64,000 nucleotides of DNA from an uncultured Armatimonadia bacterium (GTDB taxonomy: Bacteria > Armatimonadota > Zipacnadia > CAVVLO01): NCBI GenBank assembly GCA_963749155.1, contig CAVVLO010000001.1, positions 640,001-704,000 on the forward strand. The letters are read 5' to 3'. The translations under genes were made by a program, and so were the position numbers. Positions 11,922 through 22,514 of the stretch are shown in pieces. Positions within the stretch are counted from its first letter, which is position 1. Each line of letters begins with the position of its first letter. Below the pieces are notes generated by a model. The model was given only the letters and a program-made list of their open reading frames with translations, had not been told where the DNA came from and did not search any database.

Positions 11922-14279
11922 ATGGATGCGCGCGCGCTCAAAGCGCTTGAATATGACAAGATAAAGAAACTGCTCATCGCCCGGGCTGAGACAAGCCTGG
12001 GCGTTGAAGTGCTGGAGCGGCTGAAGCCTCTGGCCGATCTTGCCCAGGTCTCGAATCGCCTGCGGGAGACCTCCGAAGGGCGCGCTTTTCTGCACGACCG
12101 AGGGAGCCCTCCCTTTGCCGGTGCCGATGATATTGCAGAACCGGTACGGCTGGCAGCACTAGGTGGAGTCCTCGAAACGCTTACACTGCTGCGCATCCGG
12201 CGCTTCACCGAGGCAGCCCGGGCTATCACTCGCTATTTTGCTGAACCTGAACCCGAAGCTCCGCTAGTTCGTGCCATCGCGGCGCGACTTGATCCTCTTG
12301 ATCCTCTGACCCAACGGTTGCGGCGCTGCATCTCCGATGAGGGGGAAGTCCAGGATGATGCCAGTGATGAGCTCCATCGCTTGCGGCGCGCGCTCTCCCG
12401 TGCCCAGCAACATGCCAGGGAACGCGCCCGGTCGCTTGCTACCTCTACCGACAAAGAGGGCTTCCTCCAGGAAGCTGTCGTGGCCTTGCGTAATGAGCGC
12501 TTCTGCCTGCCGGTAAAGGCCGAACACGCAAGCTTTGTGAAAGGCATCGTACACGATCGCTCTGCCAGCGGTGCGACCTTGTTCATCGAGCCAGTAGAGC
12601 TGGTCGAACTGAACAACCGCACGCGCGAGCTGTTCGCCGCCGAACGTGACGAGCTCGAACGTATCTTGCGCGAACTGTCGGGTGAAGTCGGGCAACAGGA
12701 GGAACCGCTTCTCGCCAATCAACAGGCGTTAGGCTTGCTTGATGCAATCTTCGCGCGCGCTCGTCTGGCTGAATCCCAGGACGCCGTGGAGCCAAAAATG
12801 GCCCTTTCAGGCCCTGTGCTGCTTCGTCGCGCCCGGCATCCACTGCTGCCAGCTGATGGGGTCGTGCCTATTGATTTTGAACTCGGTGAGGATTATCAGG
12901 CTCTGCTTGTCACCGGCCCGAATACGGGGGGCAAAACTGTTTCCCTGAAGACCGTCGGCCTTATCCAGCTTATGGCCCAGTCAGGCCTGCACATAACTGC
13001 CGATGCGCCCGCCCAGCTCCGATGCTTCGAAAAAATATTTGCGGATATCGGGGATGAGCAAAGCCTCGAACAGTCGCTCTCCACTTTCTCAGCGCACCTC
13101 AGCTACCAGATTGCTATCTGTAAACAGGCTTCGACCAACTCGCTTGTGCTGCTTGACGAGCTTGGAGCGGGCACTGATCCCTCCGAAGGCGCCTCGCTTG
13201 CGAAGGCCTTGCTCGAGCATCTCCTGGCTGCCGGCGCGCTTATTGTTGCGACCACCCACTATAACGATCTCAAGGTGTTCGCTTTCAATCATCCTCTAAT
13301 TGAGAATGCCTCTGTAGAGTTCAATCCCGAGACTTTGCGCCCAACCTACAAGTTGTTGATGGGGGTTCCAGGCAGCAGTCAGGCCTTCCATATCGCAAGC
13401 CGGCTTGGCTTGCCTGGCGAGATAATCAAAGCGGCCAAGGAGCATCGCGGTCTCGAAGCGACCAATCTCGAAACCGTAATGAAGAAAATGGAAAATGCGC
13501 GCCGGCGGCTGGAGCAAGAGCGCAATCTCGCTATCAGGCTCAGGCGTGACTATGAAAAACAATCCGCCAAGCTGGAAGCGGACCGCGCGCTCTTTGAACG
13601 CGAGCGGAAAGAGGCCGCCTCAAAAGGCTTCACCGAACTCAAGAACCGTCTCGCCAGCATCCGAAACGAAGCCCTTGGCTTACTGAAAGACCTCGCTGAA
13701 ACCTCGGACAAACGTAAAGCTGAGCGCAGCTACAGCGAATTGCGCAGGCTCGAAGGCGATGCTCAGATCCTTGAGAGTGAGCTCCGCACCGAGCTTGCCC
13801 CGGAGCGCCAGCAACCTGCTCCCGAGACCCTCGCGAAAGGCGACCGGGTGCGCCTGGTCGGCCTTGATCTCGAAGGCACCGTCATCGAACCGCCCAACGA
13901 GAAAGACGAAGTGCTGGTCTCGGCAGGCGCGCTCTCAACCTGGGTACGTCGGGCGGACCTGCGTCTTGCCAAAGGAGGAGAGGTGACTGGCCAGCGCCTG
14001 GCCGATGCGATGGCGCGCAAACGGTTCCTCTCCGTGCCGACCGAACTCAACCTGATTGGCAAGCGAGTTGAGGACGCTCTAGTCGAACTTGACAGTTGGC
14101 TTGAAGAAGCCGCCCTCGCCGGTCATCCCGAGGTGCGCGTGGTCCATGGCAAAGGCACTGGCGCGCTTCGGACGGGCGTCCATGAGTACCTGCGCAGGTC
14201 CAGGCTGGTAAGCAGCTTTGATATTGCCCCGCGCGATCAGGGGGGCACGGGCGCCACAGTTATTGTGCTGGCGGATTAA
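11922..14279 (+). CDS. mutS2: MutS2 (ATPase, coiled coil, KOW, Smr)
   Basis: HDRSASGATLFIEP, TGPNTGGKT, DIGDEQSLEQSLSTFS, DELGAGTDP, VHGKGTG. Confidence 0.97.
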   Translation: MDARALKALEYDKIKKLLIARAETSLGVEVLERLKPLADLAQVSNRLRETSEGRAFLHDRGSPPFAGADDIAEPVRLAALGGVLETLTLLRIRRFTEAARAITRYFAEPEPEAPLVRAIAARLDPLDPLTQRLRRCISDEGEVQDDASDELHRLRRALSRAQQHARERARSLATSTDKEGFLQEAVVALRNERFCLPVKAEHASFVKGIVHDRSASGATLFIEPVELVELNNRTRELFAAERDELERILRELSGEVGQQEEPLLANQQALGLLDAIFARARLAESQDAVEPKMALSGPVLLRRARHPLLPADGVVPIDFELGEDYQALLVTGPNTGGKTVSLKTVGLIQLMAQSGLHITADAPAQLRCFEKIFADIGDEQSLEQSLSTFSAHLSYQIAICKQASTNSLVLLDELGAGTDPSEGASLAKALLEHLLAAGALIVATTHYNDLKVFAFNHPLIENASVEFNPETLRPTYKLLMGVPGSSQAFHIASRLGLPGEIIKAAKEHRGLEATNLETVMKKMENARRRLEQERNLAIRLRRDYEKQSAKLEADRALFERERKEAASKGFTELKNRLASIRNEALGLLKDLAETSDKRKAERSYSELRRLEGDAQILESELRTELAPERQQPAPETLAKGDRVRLVGLDLEGTVIEPPNEKDEVLVSAGALSTWVRRADLRLAKGGEVTGQRLADAMARKRFLSVPTELNLIGKRVEDALVELDSWLEEAALAGHPEVRVVHGKGTGALRTGVHEYLRRSRLVSSFDIAPRDQGGTGATVIVLAD

Positions 14280-14288
14280 CCTGGCGCC

Positions 14289-15347
14289 TTAGCGCCATCC
14301 CCCAGCCCCTCGGCGTGGCATCTGCGAGGCCAGCGGCGGTCCGCCATTTCCCCAAAGCAGCCATACCAGGGTAATCGCGACAAGCAGCAAGAAACCCATC
14401 AAGGCAATCTGCTTGTCTATAAGGCTGTCGCGCTCACTTTTCTGGCTTGTCCTGCTGGCTTCTGGTACGGTCTTTGGAGACTCTGGCTGGAGTTGTGCTT
14501 GTTGCTGGCTTTCAGCCGGCAGTAGTTTTGTCTTCTGTTCCGAGACCAGGTCTAGCAGCAGTTCGAGAAACTGCAAGTGATCGACCAGGGCGTTTCTGCT
14601 TTCAAATAGCAGGCTGACTTTGAGGCCTGGAAGCGCCTGGGCAAGGGCCCGGTGAGCTAACACCCATTCCAGTTCGGGCGAAGGTTCTACTGACTTTGTT
14701 GGCATCAGGGGGGCAAGCCTTGTAGCAAGTTCGCGCTGGAACTGGAGTTGCAAAAATCTGGCCGAGTGGCCAGGCAGAAAGCCACCTTCAAGTATTGCCC
14801 GTCCATGCGGCTCATCCAGCCTGAGGTCATGCAAATCTACGAATATCTGCGGTTGGTAATTCGTCCACAGAGTCCTCAGCGCATAAGTCTCTGGCTGCGT
14901 GCATACAAGCCAGTCACGATTTAAATCAATGCCTTTCGAATTCTCTCGCGTCCCGCGTTGCTGCCCGTCCGGATTAGCGGCCGGGACACACAGGAACTCC
15001 AGTTGCTGCACCAGTTCGGTACAGTACACGGTATCTTTCGCCAGCGCCTCGAGCCAGGTCATTGCAGCCAGCGTACATTCCGGCTCGTCCCCGTGCTGCC
15101 CGGCCTGCAGAGCCAGTCGTAGCTTCGGCCCTTGCTCGGTCGGGTCAGTCACGCGGACGAGGTAGAGGGGGGTGCCTGCGGCCGAACGCCCAAATTGCTC
15201 CACCTGGATATAAGGGCTTGTCTGTGCAAGCTCTGTGAGGAACTGCGCATAGCTTGCCGGATCGAACCTTGGCGTCTGCCCATACGCCAGGCCGATAACA
15301 AGCACTACTCCAAGGAAGACCAGTTGGGGCACTCGTCGCATAACCAT
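14289..15347 (-). CDS. Exported M14 zinc carboxypeptidase with C-terminal TM anchor
   Basis: GQHGDE, NPDG, DLNRDW, DLH; signal peptide; hydrophobic C-terminal segment. Confidence 0.85.
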   Translation of the reverse strand: MVMRRVPQLVFLGVVLVIGLAYGQTPRFDPASYAQFLTELAQTSPYIQVEQFGRSAAGTPLYLVRVTDPTEQGPKLRLALQAGQHGDEPECTLAAMTWLEALAKDTVYCTELVQQLEFLCVPAANPDGQQRGTRENSKGIDLNRDWLVCTQPETYALRTLWTNYQPQIFVDLHDLRLDEPHGRAILEGGFLPGHSARFLQLQFQRELATRLAPLMPTKSVEPSPELEWVLAHRALAQALPGLKVSLLFESRNALVDHLQFLELLLDLVSEQKTKLLPAESQQQAQLQPESPKTVPEASRTSQKSERDSLIDKQIALMGFLLLVAITLVWLLWGNGGPPLASQMPRRGAGGWR

Positions 15348-15378
15348 AAGCTATGCAAGAAACGTGCCAAAGGAGAGA

Positions 15379-16511
15379 TTATTCGCTCTTTATGATACGA
15401 GGCAGTCCAGAATCCAGCAGAGCCCACATTGCTGGCAGCTCAACTTCATCGCCTGCATGCGCCTCTGGCAGCCTGGAAAGGTCTACCAGCAGTTGGTTCA
15501 TCGCTAAGCGCCCAACAACAGGGGCGCCCTGGCCTTGCACTCCCACCCGGAAAGGCATCTCGGTGCGGCGCCTAAGCCGTTTCCACAGCATCCCAAGCCC
15601 GCCTGTGAGCGCGCCAGGCCGTCCAAGTCGTGATATGGGAAGCGTGCCAACTCCCACCGAATACCCGGCGGCACCAGGCCGACTCTCATCGGCCTCGACG
15701 CCCGAAATTCGCCTGCATAACCCAGGCACTCGCCAGGCGCGACTTGCCAGGTATTCACAAGCCGACTCTTCAGGGTGAGGGCTCTCTTCAACTCGAGTTG
15801 CTTGGTGCCCGCCACAGGTTGTTGCCCATAAAGCAAGGTCCCAACGCGCACGGCGTTCAGGCCCGCGTTTCCGTATAACAAACTCCCAGCACTATTACAC
15901 GCGTGAAGCAGCAGACCTGATTCGGCAGTCAGCGAGTTGTCGCTTAAAATAGCTCGGAAATGCTCAAGTTGACGTTCTGTATAGCCACTAGCGCCTTCCA
16001 TCGCGCGTGGCAGATGCGTATAGACTCCTGCAAGTGCAAGTTGAGGCAGGGCCCTCAGCCCTTCTAGCGTGACTGGCAGCTCTTCCTCGCGCAAGCCGCC
16101 ATTACCCATCCCGGTTTCGAGGTAAAGATGGCACTTGAGCTTCTTTGCTGCCCTTCTTGCGCCAAGAGCCAGCCCGTGAAGCTGCTCCAGCCGCGATACC
16201 GTTACCGTAAGCTCGTGAGCGGCTGCAATCTCGGTCTGTTCCTCGAGCAAGGGCAACAGGACAAGTATCGGGGTGTCGATTCCCGCTTCGCGCAGGCCAA
16301 GGCCTTCTTCAAGATTGGTGACGGCAAGCGCTGTCGCTCCGGCCTCTGCAAAAGCCTTTCCTGCGATTTGCAGCCCATGCCCATAACCATCAGCCTTCAC
16401 GACTGCGATGACGCCAGTCTCGCTGCCGACCAGGGAAGTGACTTGCTGGAAGTTATGGCTCAGGGCCGCTGGCTGTATCTCCACCCAACAAGTGGGAGAG
16501 GGAGTGCTCAT
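15379..16511 (-). CDS. alr: Alanine racemase family protein, frameshift near 15665
   Basis: AVVKADGYGHG (PLP Lys), HACNSAG, VRVGTLLYG, LGYAG (catalytic Tyr), VVGRLAMN in the second frame. Confidence 0.88.
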
Positions 16512-17836
16512 TGGCCTGCTGCCTCCGCCTGGGCAGCAGTCAGAAAAGCCACACTGGAGGTTGCGCTTGCCTCGCCGTGCACATTCACGATGGCGATATC
16601 CAGGGTGTGGACGGTTCCTTCGAGTATCGCTGGATCGAGCTTGATGGTATAGCTTGGGCTATTGGTGAACTGCACTCCAGCCCCATCCAGCTTAATCTGC
16701 AGGTATTGCCCCTGCGCAAGTCCTGCCGTCTCGATAAGGACGTCAGTTGGCTGGGTAATCAGAGTGCCAGCTTTTACTCCTAACACTTTGATTTCCGAGG
16801 AAGGGACTGGCAGTGGCTCGGGTGGCCCACCTGGTGTCTCGGTTAAGGAGGGCAGCCCGTGACCTGGCGCCGTGGCCGGAGGCATCCCACCGATTGCCGC
16901 TGCCTGCGCTGGGTCATACTGCCAGCCTGGTTGAGCCAGGGACGAATGCCGATTCAGTACTTCGATTACCAGCGACAGTAAGCCAGTAAGGTGGAATCTG
17001 ACCCGCTCCTGCAAGGTGCCTCGCGAATCTCCCCACTGCTTCGATTCGAACAAGAAAGACCGTATGCCATATTTCAGGCCAAAATGCCGGTGAGACAGCC
17101 CCTCGTCCATCGAATCCGAGGCGGTATAAGCTGCTACCTCAAATCCATTGAGCCGCAGGCAACTGAGTATTGCCGCCTGCTCTGCTCGCACTTCGGACGC
17201 GTAGGCGTAAGTATTGGTGTGATTCTCCCGCAGACATTCGATAAAGGGTTGCGGATATCTGTCTCCTGAAGGCACCTCATGCATATCCACCAGCACATGG
17301 GGCATCCAGGCTCCTACCAGGCGCTCGATAGCTTTCGTTTCCGGTTGGGAGAGGCTATCCCAGTCTCGGTTAAGGTCTACTCCCGCTCCGTTCCCGCGCC
17401 TGCGATTCTCCGCGCCATCCGGATTTGCCATAGGCACGATGATGAAATCCGTCACTTTGAGTATCGCCAGCAACTCCGGATGCTGTGAATAAGCCGCGAA
17501 CTTCATAAACTGAAGCGCTGCTTCGGTGCCTGCGACCTCTGTGCCATGCTGGCGCGCTATCACCAGCACCCGCCAGCTATCTCCAACCCTATAAGGATCC
17601 CGTATTGTTATCGCGGGGATCTGCCTGCCCTGATGGGTCGTCCCGATAGAACCTACACTTATCCGGGGTGAGGCCTGCTGCAGTTGCACGATGAAATTCA
17701 TCATCGTGGTATAAGAGGTAGGCTGGGTGTGCAACCCGGCAATAGCCTCGCCAAGCAACGACTGAGAGTGGGCAAAGCCGCCCCAGACGCAACTTAGTGC
17801 TAATACCAGCCCAATTTGTAGTTTCCGAATACCCAT
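16508..17836 (-). CDS. Exported M14 zinc carboxypeptidase with C-terminal Ig-like domain
   Basis: RQHGTE, NPDG, DLNRDW, DMHE; Pro-rich linker then beta-rich domain; ATGA overlap with alr. Confidence 0.85.
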   Translation of the reverse strand: MGIRKLQIGLVLALSCVWGGFAHSQSLLGEAIAGLHTQPTSYTTMMNFIVQLQQASPRISVGSIGTTHQGRQIPAITIRDPYRVGDSWRVLVIARQHGTEVAGTEAALQFMKFAAYSQHPELLAILKVTDFIIVPMANPDGAENRRRGNGAGVDLNRDWDSLSQPETKAIERLVGAWMPHVLVDMHEVPSGDRYPQPFIECLRENHTNTYAYASEVRAEQAAILSCLRLNGFEVAAYTASDSMDEGLSHRHFGLKYGIRSFLFESKQWGDSRGTLQERVRFHLTGLLSLVIEVLNRHSSLAQPGWQYDPAQAAAIGGMPPATAPGHGLPSLTETPGGPPEPLPVPSSEIKVLGVKAGTLITQPTDVLIETAGLAQGQYLQIKLDGAGVQFTNSPSYTIKLDPAILEGTVHTLDIAIVNVHGEASATSSVAFLTAAQAEAAGQ

Positions 17837-17905
17837 CACGATGGTTTCTAGTATATCATTTGTCCGCGGTGAGTTCAGCACCTGATAAGGCCGGAGTTAG
17901 CCTTA

Positions 17906-18955
17906 ATGTCAGCAAAACCCACAACCAGCCAGACATCTAATTTGTTCCAGGCAACGCTTTTGCGTTTCGCCCTCCTCTTTCTTGTGGCGCTTGGTGTCGC
18001 GGTGCTGGGCCTTTGCCTGGGCGGTGTAAAGGTTTCCTTTGCAGACCTTTCCGAGGCTCTCAAGTTGCTCTTTACTCAGCCTTCGCGCCTTGATGAAGCC
18101 ACCGGTCCTGTGGGGATGTTACTCAACCTGCGCCTCCCCCGAGTGCTCCTTGCCTTTGTGGTCGGCGCCGCTCTGTCACTTTCTGGAGCAGCCTTTCAGG
18201 GCCTCTTGCGCAATCCCCTTGCCGACCCTTATGTCGTGGGGATATCTTCCGGTGCCGCGCTCGGAGCCAGTTTTGCCATCGTGATGGGACTCAAAGCCAC
18301 CTTCGCCGGCCTGGGTGTGCCTGTCATCGCTTTCTGCTTCGCGCTTGCCACGATGCTCGGAGTCTATTCGCTTGCCCACCTGGCTCGCGGCAGCTTCTCG
18401 GAGAGCTTCCTGCTGGTCGGCGTCGTCACAGGGACCACGCTCTGGGCGCTTGTGATGCTCTTGCTCAGCCTTTCCGGTCGGTATCTGCAAGAGGTTATTT
18501 TCTGGCTGATGGGTACCCTCTCCACCGCCGACTTCCAACTGCTGGGGATGGCTACCGGCGTCACCCTGATTGGGGGCGCTGGCCTGCTCTACCTGGCGCG
18601 CGATCTTAACAGCCTGGCCTTCGGAGAGGAATCCGCCGCCTTGATGGGCTCGGATGTCGTCCGGGTGCGTACCTGGGTCATTTTATTTGCCTCCTTCCTT
18701 GTCGGAGGAGCCGTCTCGGCTGCCGGCATCATTGGTTTCGTCGGCCTGATTGTGCCTCATTCGGCCAGGCGCCTTATCGGCCCCGACCACCGAGTGCTGC
18801 TGCCCTTCTCGGCGCTACTTGGGGGCGCCTTCCTTGCCGCCGCCGATTTGCTGGCGCGCACACTAATCCCACCAAATGAACTCCCTGTAGGCGTTATCAC
18901 TTCCTTGCTTGGCGGACCGCTGTTTTGTTATCTGCTGGTCCGCGCGCGGAGGTGA
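17906..18955 (+). CDS. FecCD/BtuC family ABC permease
   Basis: LRLPRVLL, LLRNPLADPY, GEESAALMG, GFVGLIVPH, ELPVGVIT. Confidence 0.92.
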   Translation: MSAKPTTSQTSNLFQATLLRFALLFLVALGVAVLGLCLGGVKVSFADLSEALKLLFTQPSRLDEATGPVGMLLNLRLPRVLLAFVVGAALSLSGAAFQGLLRNPLADPYVVGISSGAALGASFAIVMGLKATFAGLGVPVIAFCFALATMLGVYSLAHLARGSFSESFLLVGVVTGTTLWALVMLLLSLSGRYLQEVIFWLMGTLSTADFQLLGMATGVTLIGGAGLLYLARDLNSLAFGEESAALMGSDVVRVRTWVILFASFLVGGAVSAAGIIGFVGLIVPHSARRLIGPDHRVLLPFSALLGGAFLAAADLLARTLIPPNELPVGVITSLLGGPLFCYLLVRARR

Positions 18956-18960
18956 AACTT

Positions 18961-20222
18961 ATGAAGGCCGTCCAGGTTTCTGCGCTTTCGACCAGTTACG
19001 CGACAGGTTTCGAACTTGAAAACATCTCGCTCTCACTCGAGCAGGGCGCTTTCGTTGGGTTAATTGGGCCAAACGGCGCAGGCAAATCCACCTTGCTCAA
19101 GACCATCGGCGGCCTGCTCAAGCCGAAATCAGGCGCTATCTCGATACTGGAGAAGCCTCTGACCTCCTTTTCGCGCCGCGAACTTGCCCAGGTACTCGCC
19201 GGGGTGATGCAGGAACACCAGCTTCCCTTTGATTTTTCGGTTGAAGAGACCGTCCTGATGGGGCGTAATCCCTATCTGGGCCGGCTTCAGAGAGAAGGTC
19301 CCGCCGATTTTGCCGCCGCCCAGCAGGCAATGCGCCTTGCGAATGTGCAGTCTCTGAGCGAGCGCAAACTGTCCGAGCTTAGCGGGGGAGAGCGTCAGCG
19401 AGTAATGCTCGCGCGGGCTCTGGCCCAGGGCCCTAAAGTATTGCTGCTTGATGAGCCTACCTCTCACCTCGACCTGTTGCACCAGCTCGAGCTGATGGAG
19501 ATACTACGCGACCTCAATCACACTCAGGGCCTGACCTTGCTGGTCGCTCTTCACGAACTCAACCTGGCCGCCCGTTACTGTGACACCTTGCTGGCGCTGA
19601 AGGGGGGCAGGCTTCTTTGCTCCGGCCCACCTGCCGAGGTGCTTACTCCAGAGCGCCTCGTCGAGCTTTTCGGGGTCAGCGTGGACGTGCGTCAGAGCCG
19701 CCGGACTGGCCGCCCCGAGGTGCTGATGGGCAGCGCGCGGCCTGCCCTTCACTACGAAGCAACCGGTGCTGGCCGCAAGCTGCACGTCTTCTGCGGAGGA
19801 GGCAGCGCCGCCCCCTTCCTCTCGGAACTCTCTCGCCAGGGTTTCGAGCTTTCTGTCGGCCCGGTGAACCTGGGCGATTCAGACCACCAACTTGCCCGGG
19901 AGCTGGGCGCCGAAGTCGCTGTAGAACAGCCCTTCTCGCCGCTTGGAGAGGGGGTTCTCGCTGAAGCCACCCGGTCTTGCCGTCGCCGCTGACGTTGATG
20001 ATTTTTGCCGCTACCCCAATCAGCCAGGGCAATCTGGCCAGCCTGAAACTGGCTCGCCAGCTCCAGCAAGCGCATAAGCCTCTTATCCTGTGGGGAAATT
20101 TCACAGGATGTGACTTCACCGGGACTGGCGAGGCCGAGGACTTGCTAACTGGCCTTGAAGAGGCCGGCGCCTTGCGCGCCGAAGGCCTTCCTGACCTGCT
20201 TTCCTTGCTGACCACTCTTTAG
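18961..20222 (+). CDS. FepC/BtuD family ABC ATPase with C-terminal extension; frameshift near 19975
   Basis: GPNGAGKST, LSGGERQR, LLDEPT; extension HVFCGGG...GDSD. Confidence 0.88.
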
Positions 20223-20247
20223 ATTTACTCTCTTTCTAATCTCGCTG

Positions 20248-20275
20248 TGAACCTTCCCCTGCGCCTCTTCGTCTG
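20248..20275 (+). promoter_or_regulatory. Putative ECF sigma factor promoter
   Basis: TGAACC-N16-CGTCTG, 46 nt upstream of ATG 20322. Confidence 0.5.
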
Positions 20276-20321
20276 CATATTCAGCAATGCGGTTTGGGAA
20301 TCTAATGGGGAGGAGTAACAG

Positions 20322-21333
20322 ATGAAGTTGAACAGGTTTTTGGCAGTTGCCGCGGTTGGAGCCTTGCTGGTGATGGCCGTCGCCAGTTTTGCCCAGCCCG
20401 GCCCGATGGGGCCAGCAGGGCCCGCAATGGGGCCAAGGCCCGGTCAGATGGGTTTCGGCATGGGCCGAGGTATGGGCCAGATGGGTCCTGGACTGGGGCA
20501 GGGATTTGGTCAGCGTGGGGGGCGTCAGCAACTCGGTAATCTCATCACCACGCCTCAACAGGCCATGATGGTGCTGGTAGCTGCCAAACTCGATGAGCGC
20601 GAACTCAAGGCAGCCCTGGCCCTCGTGGAAGCCCATCAAAAAGACGTCCAGAAGACACTTGAACTGTTCCGCAAGGCCGATACGCCAGAGCAGAAGCGCG
20701 CAGTTCTGGAACGCGCTCGCCAGAATACCGAGAAAGCTGCACAGCGTCTTGCCAAGCTCTTTGTCCGCGATGACGATGGGAAGCCCGGTGAGCAGCTTGT
20801 GCGAGCGTATGGCTCAGGCTCTCGACAAAGTCCGCGAGCTTTCCGATGAAGAATGGCAGCGCACCAAGCGGCAATTTGTGATGCGTTTCCTCAGCCAGCA
20901 CCGGCCCGGTCCGATGGGCCCTCAGCCTGGCATGGGCGCCGGCCCGATGGGGCAGCCCGGTATGGGAAGGGGCCAGGGTCAGCTGGGTCAGCCAGGCATG
21001 GGAAAGGGCCGCGGTCAGCTGGGCCAGGGCCAGCAGTCGCCCGAAATCGCCAAGGTTGCTGGGCTTGCGCTTGCGCTCTTCGAGAAAGCTCGCAAAATGC
21101 CTCCCAGCGAGTACCGCGACAACCGCGATAACCTCGCTACCAAGCTGGCCAAGCTGCTTGCGCGCGGGGCAGAGATGAACAAGCTGGATCCTGAGCGCGC
21201 GGCGATGGTTGTCCTGCGTTGCCCGCAGAGTCCTCAGATTATCCAGCGGCTTCTTGAGGGCGGCCCCAGGGACTGGACTCCTCGTCAGCCCGGTGGTCGT
21301 CAGTGGCGGCAGGGTGGACCAGGCGCGGCCTGA
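20322..21333 (+). CDS. Exported helical protein with Gly/Met/Pro/Gln-rich repeats; frameshift near 20800
   Basis: Signal peptide ending ASFA; GPMGP/GMGRG repeats; strong SD GGGAGGAG. Confidence 0.65.
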
Positions 21334-21363
21334 CGGCAGTTCTGCGTCTCATCCTGTCTCAAA

Positions 21364-21402
21364 TAAAAAGGCGGGAGCCAACTCGGCTCCCGCCTTCTCT
21401 TT
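21364..21402. terminator. Bidirectional intrinsic terminator
   Basis: AAGGCGGGAGCC-aactc-GGCTCCCGCCTT flanked by A- and T-rich tracts, between convergent genes. Confidence 0.85.
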
Positions 21403-21422
21403 CGTTGTTGTTTTGGCTTCCT

Positions 21423-22397
21423 TTAGCCTGCCCAGCCTGGCCTTGCCAGATTGCTAAGCTGCCGGGCGTTGCTTCCATCGCTGTTCATCAGCCAAATTTG
21501 CGGGGTCTTTGTGGCATCACTTCGCACGAAGGCGATAGTCCTGCCATCCGGTGCGATTGCGAATCTCGCCGGAGAAGGCCGCGCGTCAGGCGCGAATACT
21601 TCTGGCGCTCCTCCCGCGCTTACCCGGTAGAAACTGGAAAACAGCGTCCCTGTCTGCCTTCGCGCCAGCACAATCAGATTGCGCGAGTCTGGCAGCCATC
21701 TCACAGCCCAATCCGAGCGCCCAAGTGGCGCCCAGGTGGTCAGTTCGCTTGTCCGACCACTTGCCAAATCCAGGCTCAGACAGGCAATTGTCGGTCCTTC
21801 AGGTCGCGCACCTGCGCGCTCAGCCTCCAGCCGGATAGCCCTTAGCGCCAGGGCATCCCCAGCCGGCGCCGCGTCCAGGTCCAGTGCCCAGGTGGAAGGC
21901 AGGTTGTAACTTTTGACAAGCTCGCCTGAAAGCCGCTGCACGACCAGCCCCCGCGTGCTCGAACCATAGGCTATACGCTGCCCATCGCGAAAAAAGGCTG
22001 GGCACCAGGTTAGTTCTTCTCCCTGGCCTGGCAGCGAAGTCTCGGTGCCGCTGGCCAGGTCCATCAGCTTTATTTGCTGCTTGCCGGGTTCACTTGACGA
22101 GCTGAACGCCAGCCTGGCTCCATCAGGCGAAAAAGCCGGATAGGTGTCCCAGCGCTGTCCACTTGTAAGCTGCTTGATACTTTCGGGCGAGGCCACGGTC
22201 AAAAGGTAAACCTGTTGACTTGTCAGGGCTTCACGATTCGCCACGAAGGCGAGGTGGCGCCCATCCGGGCTGAAGGCCAGCCCATCAATAACATATTCTT
22301 TTGGCCTGGCTTGCAGCGGTCCCGGCGGCTGGGGCTGCCCCAGCGCAGGGAAAACCGCTATAATGATGAATATGAGAAGGAGTCGGAGGCTTCTCAT
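21423..22397 (-). CDS. TolB-like PD40 beta-propeller exported protein
   Basis: Repeated AFSPDG/APDG motifs; QIWLMNSDGSNARQL; signal peptide; SD GAGGAGG. Confidence 0.8.
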   Translation of the reverse strand: MRSLRLLLIFIIIAVFPALGQPQPPGPLQARPKEYVIDGLAFSPDGRHLAFVANREALTSQQVYLLTVASPESIKQLTSGQRWDTYPAFSPDGARLAFSSSSEPGKQQIKLMDLASGTETSLPGQGEELTWCPAFFRDGQRIAYGSSTRGLVVQRLSGELVKSYNLPSTWALDLDAAPAGDALALRAIRLEAERAGARPEGPTIACLSLDLASGRTSELTTWAPLGRSDWAVRWLPDSRNLIVLARRQTGTLFSSFYRVSAGGAPEVFAPDARPSPARFAIAPDGRTIAFVRSDATKTPQIWLMNSDGSNARQLSNLARPGWAG

Positions 22398-22514
22398 TGT
22401 TTTTTCCTCCTCTGGCTGCGCCAATGATACCACAGCCCGCTCTGGCTAGTTGGACCTTCTAACTTGCCCCGGGTTGCTGGCCACAAGTTGTAATAACGAG
22501 GTGACTGAAGCCCG

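Noticed and set aside
17840..17905. Cobalamin riboswitch before the BtuC-like gene
   Set aside because: Gap too short and no B12-box
20935..21035. Tandem DNA repeat
   Set aside because: Explained by coding low-complexity GQPGMG(R/K)G.GQL repeats
22446..22480. Fourth copy of the AGGA-N15-GCCAAC motif before the TolB-like gene
   Set aside because: Only TCCAACTAG is present; no AGGA at the required spacing
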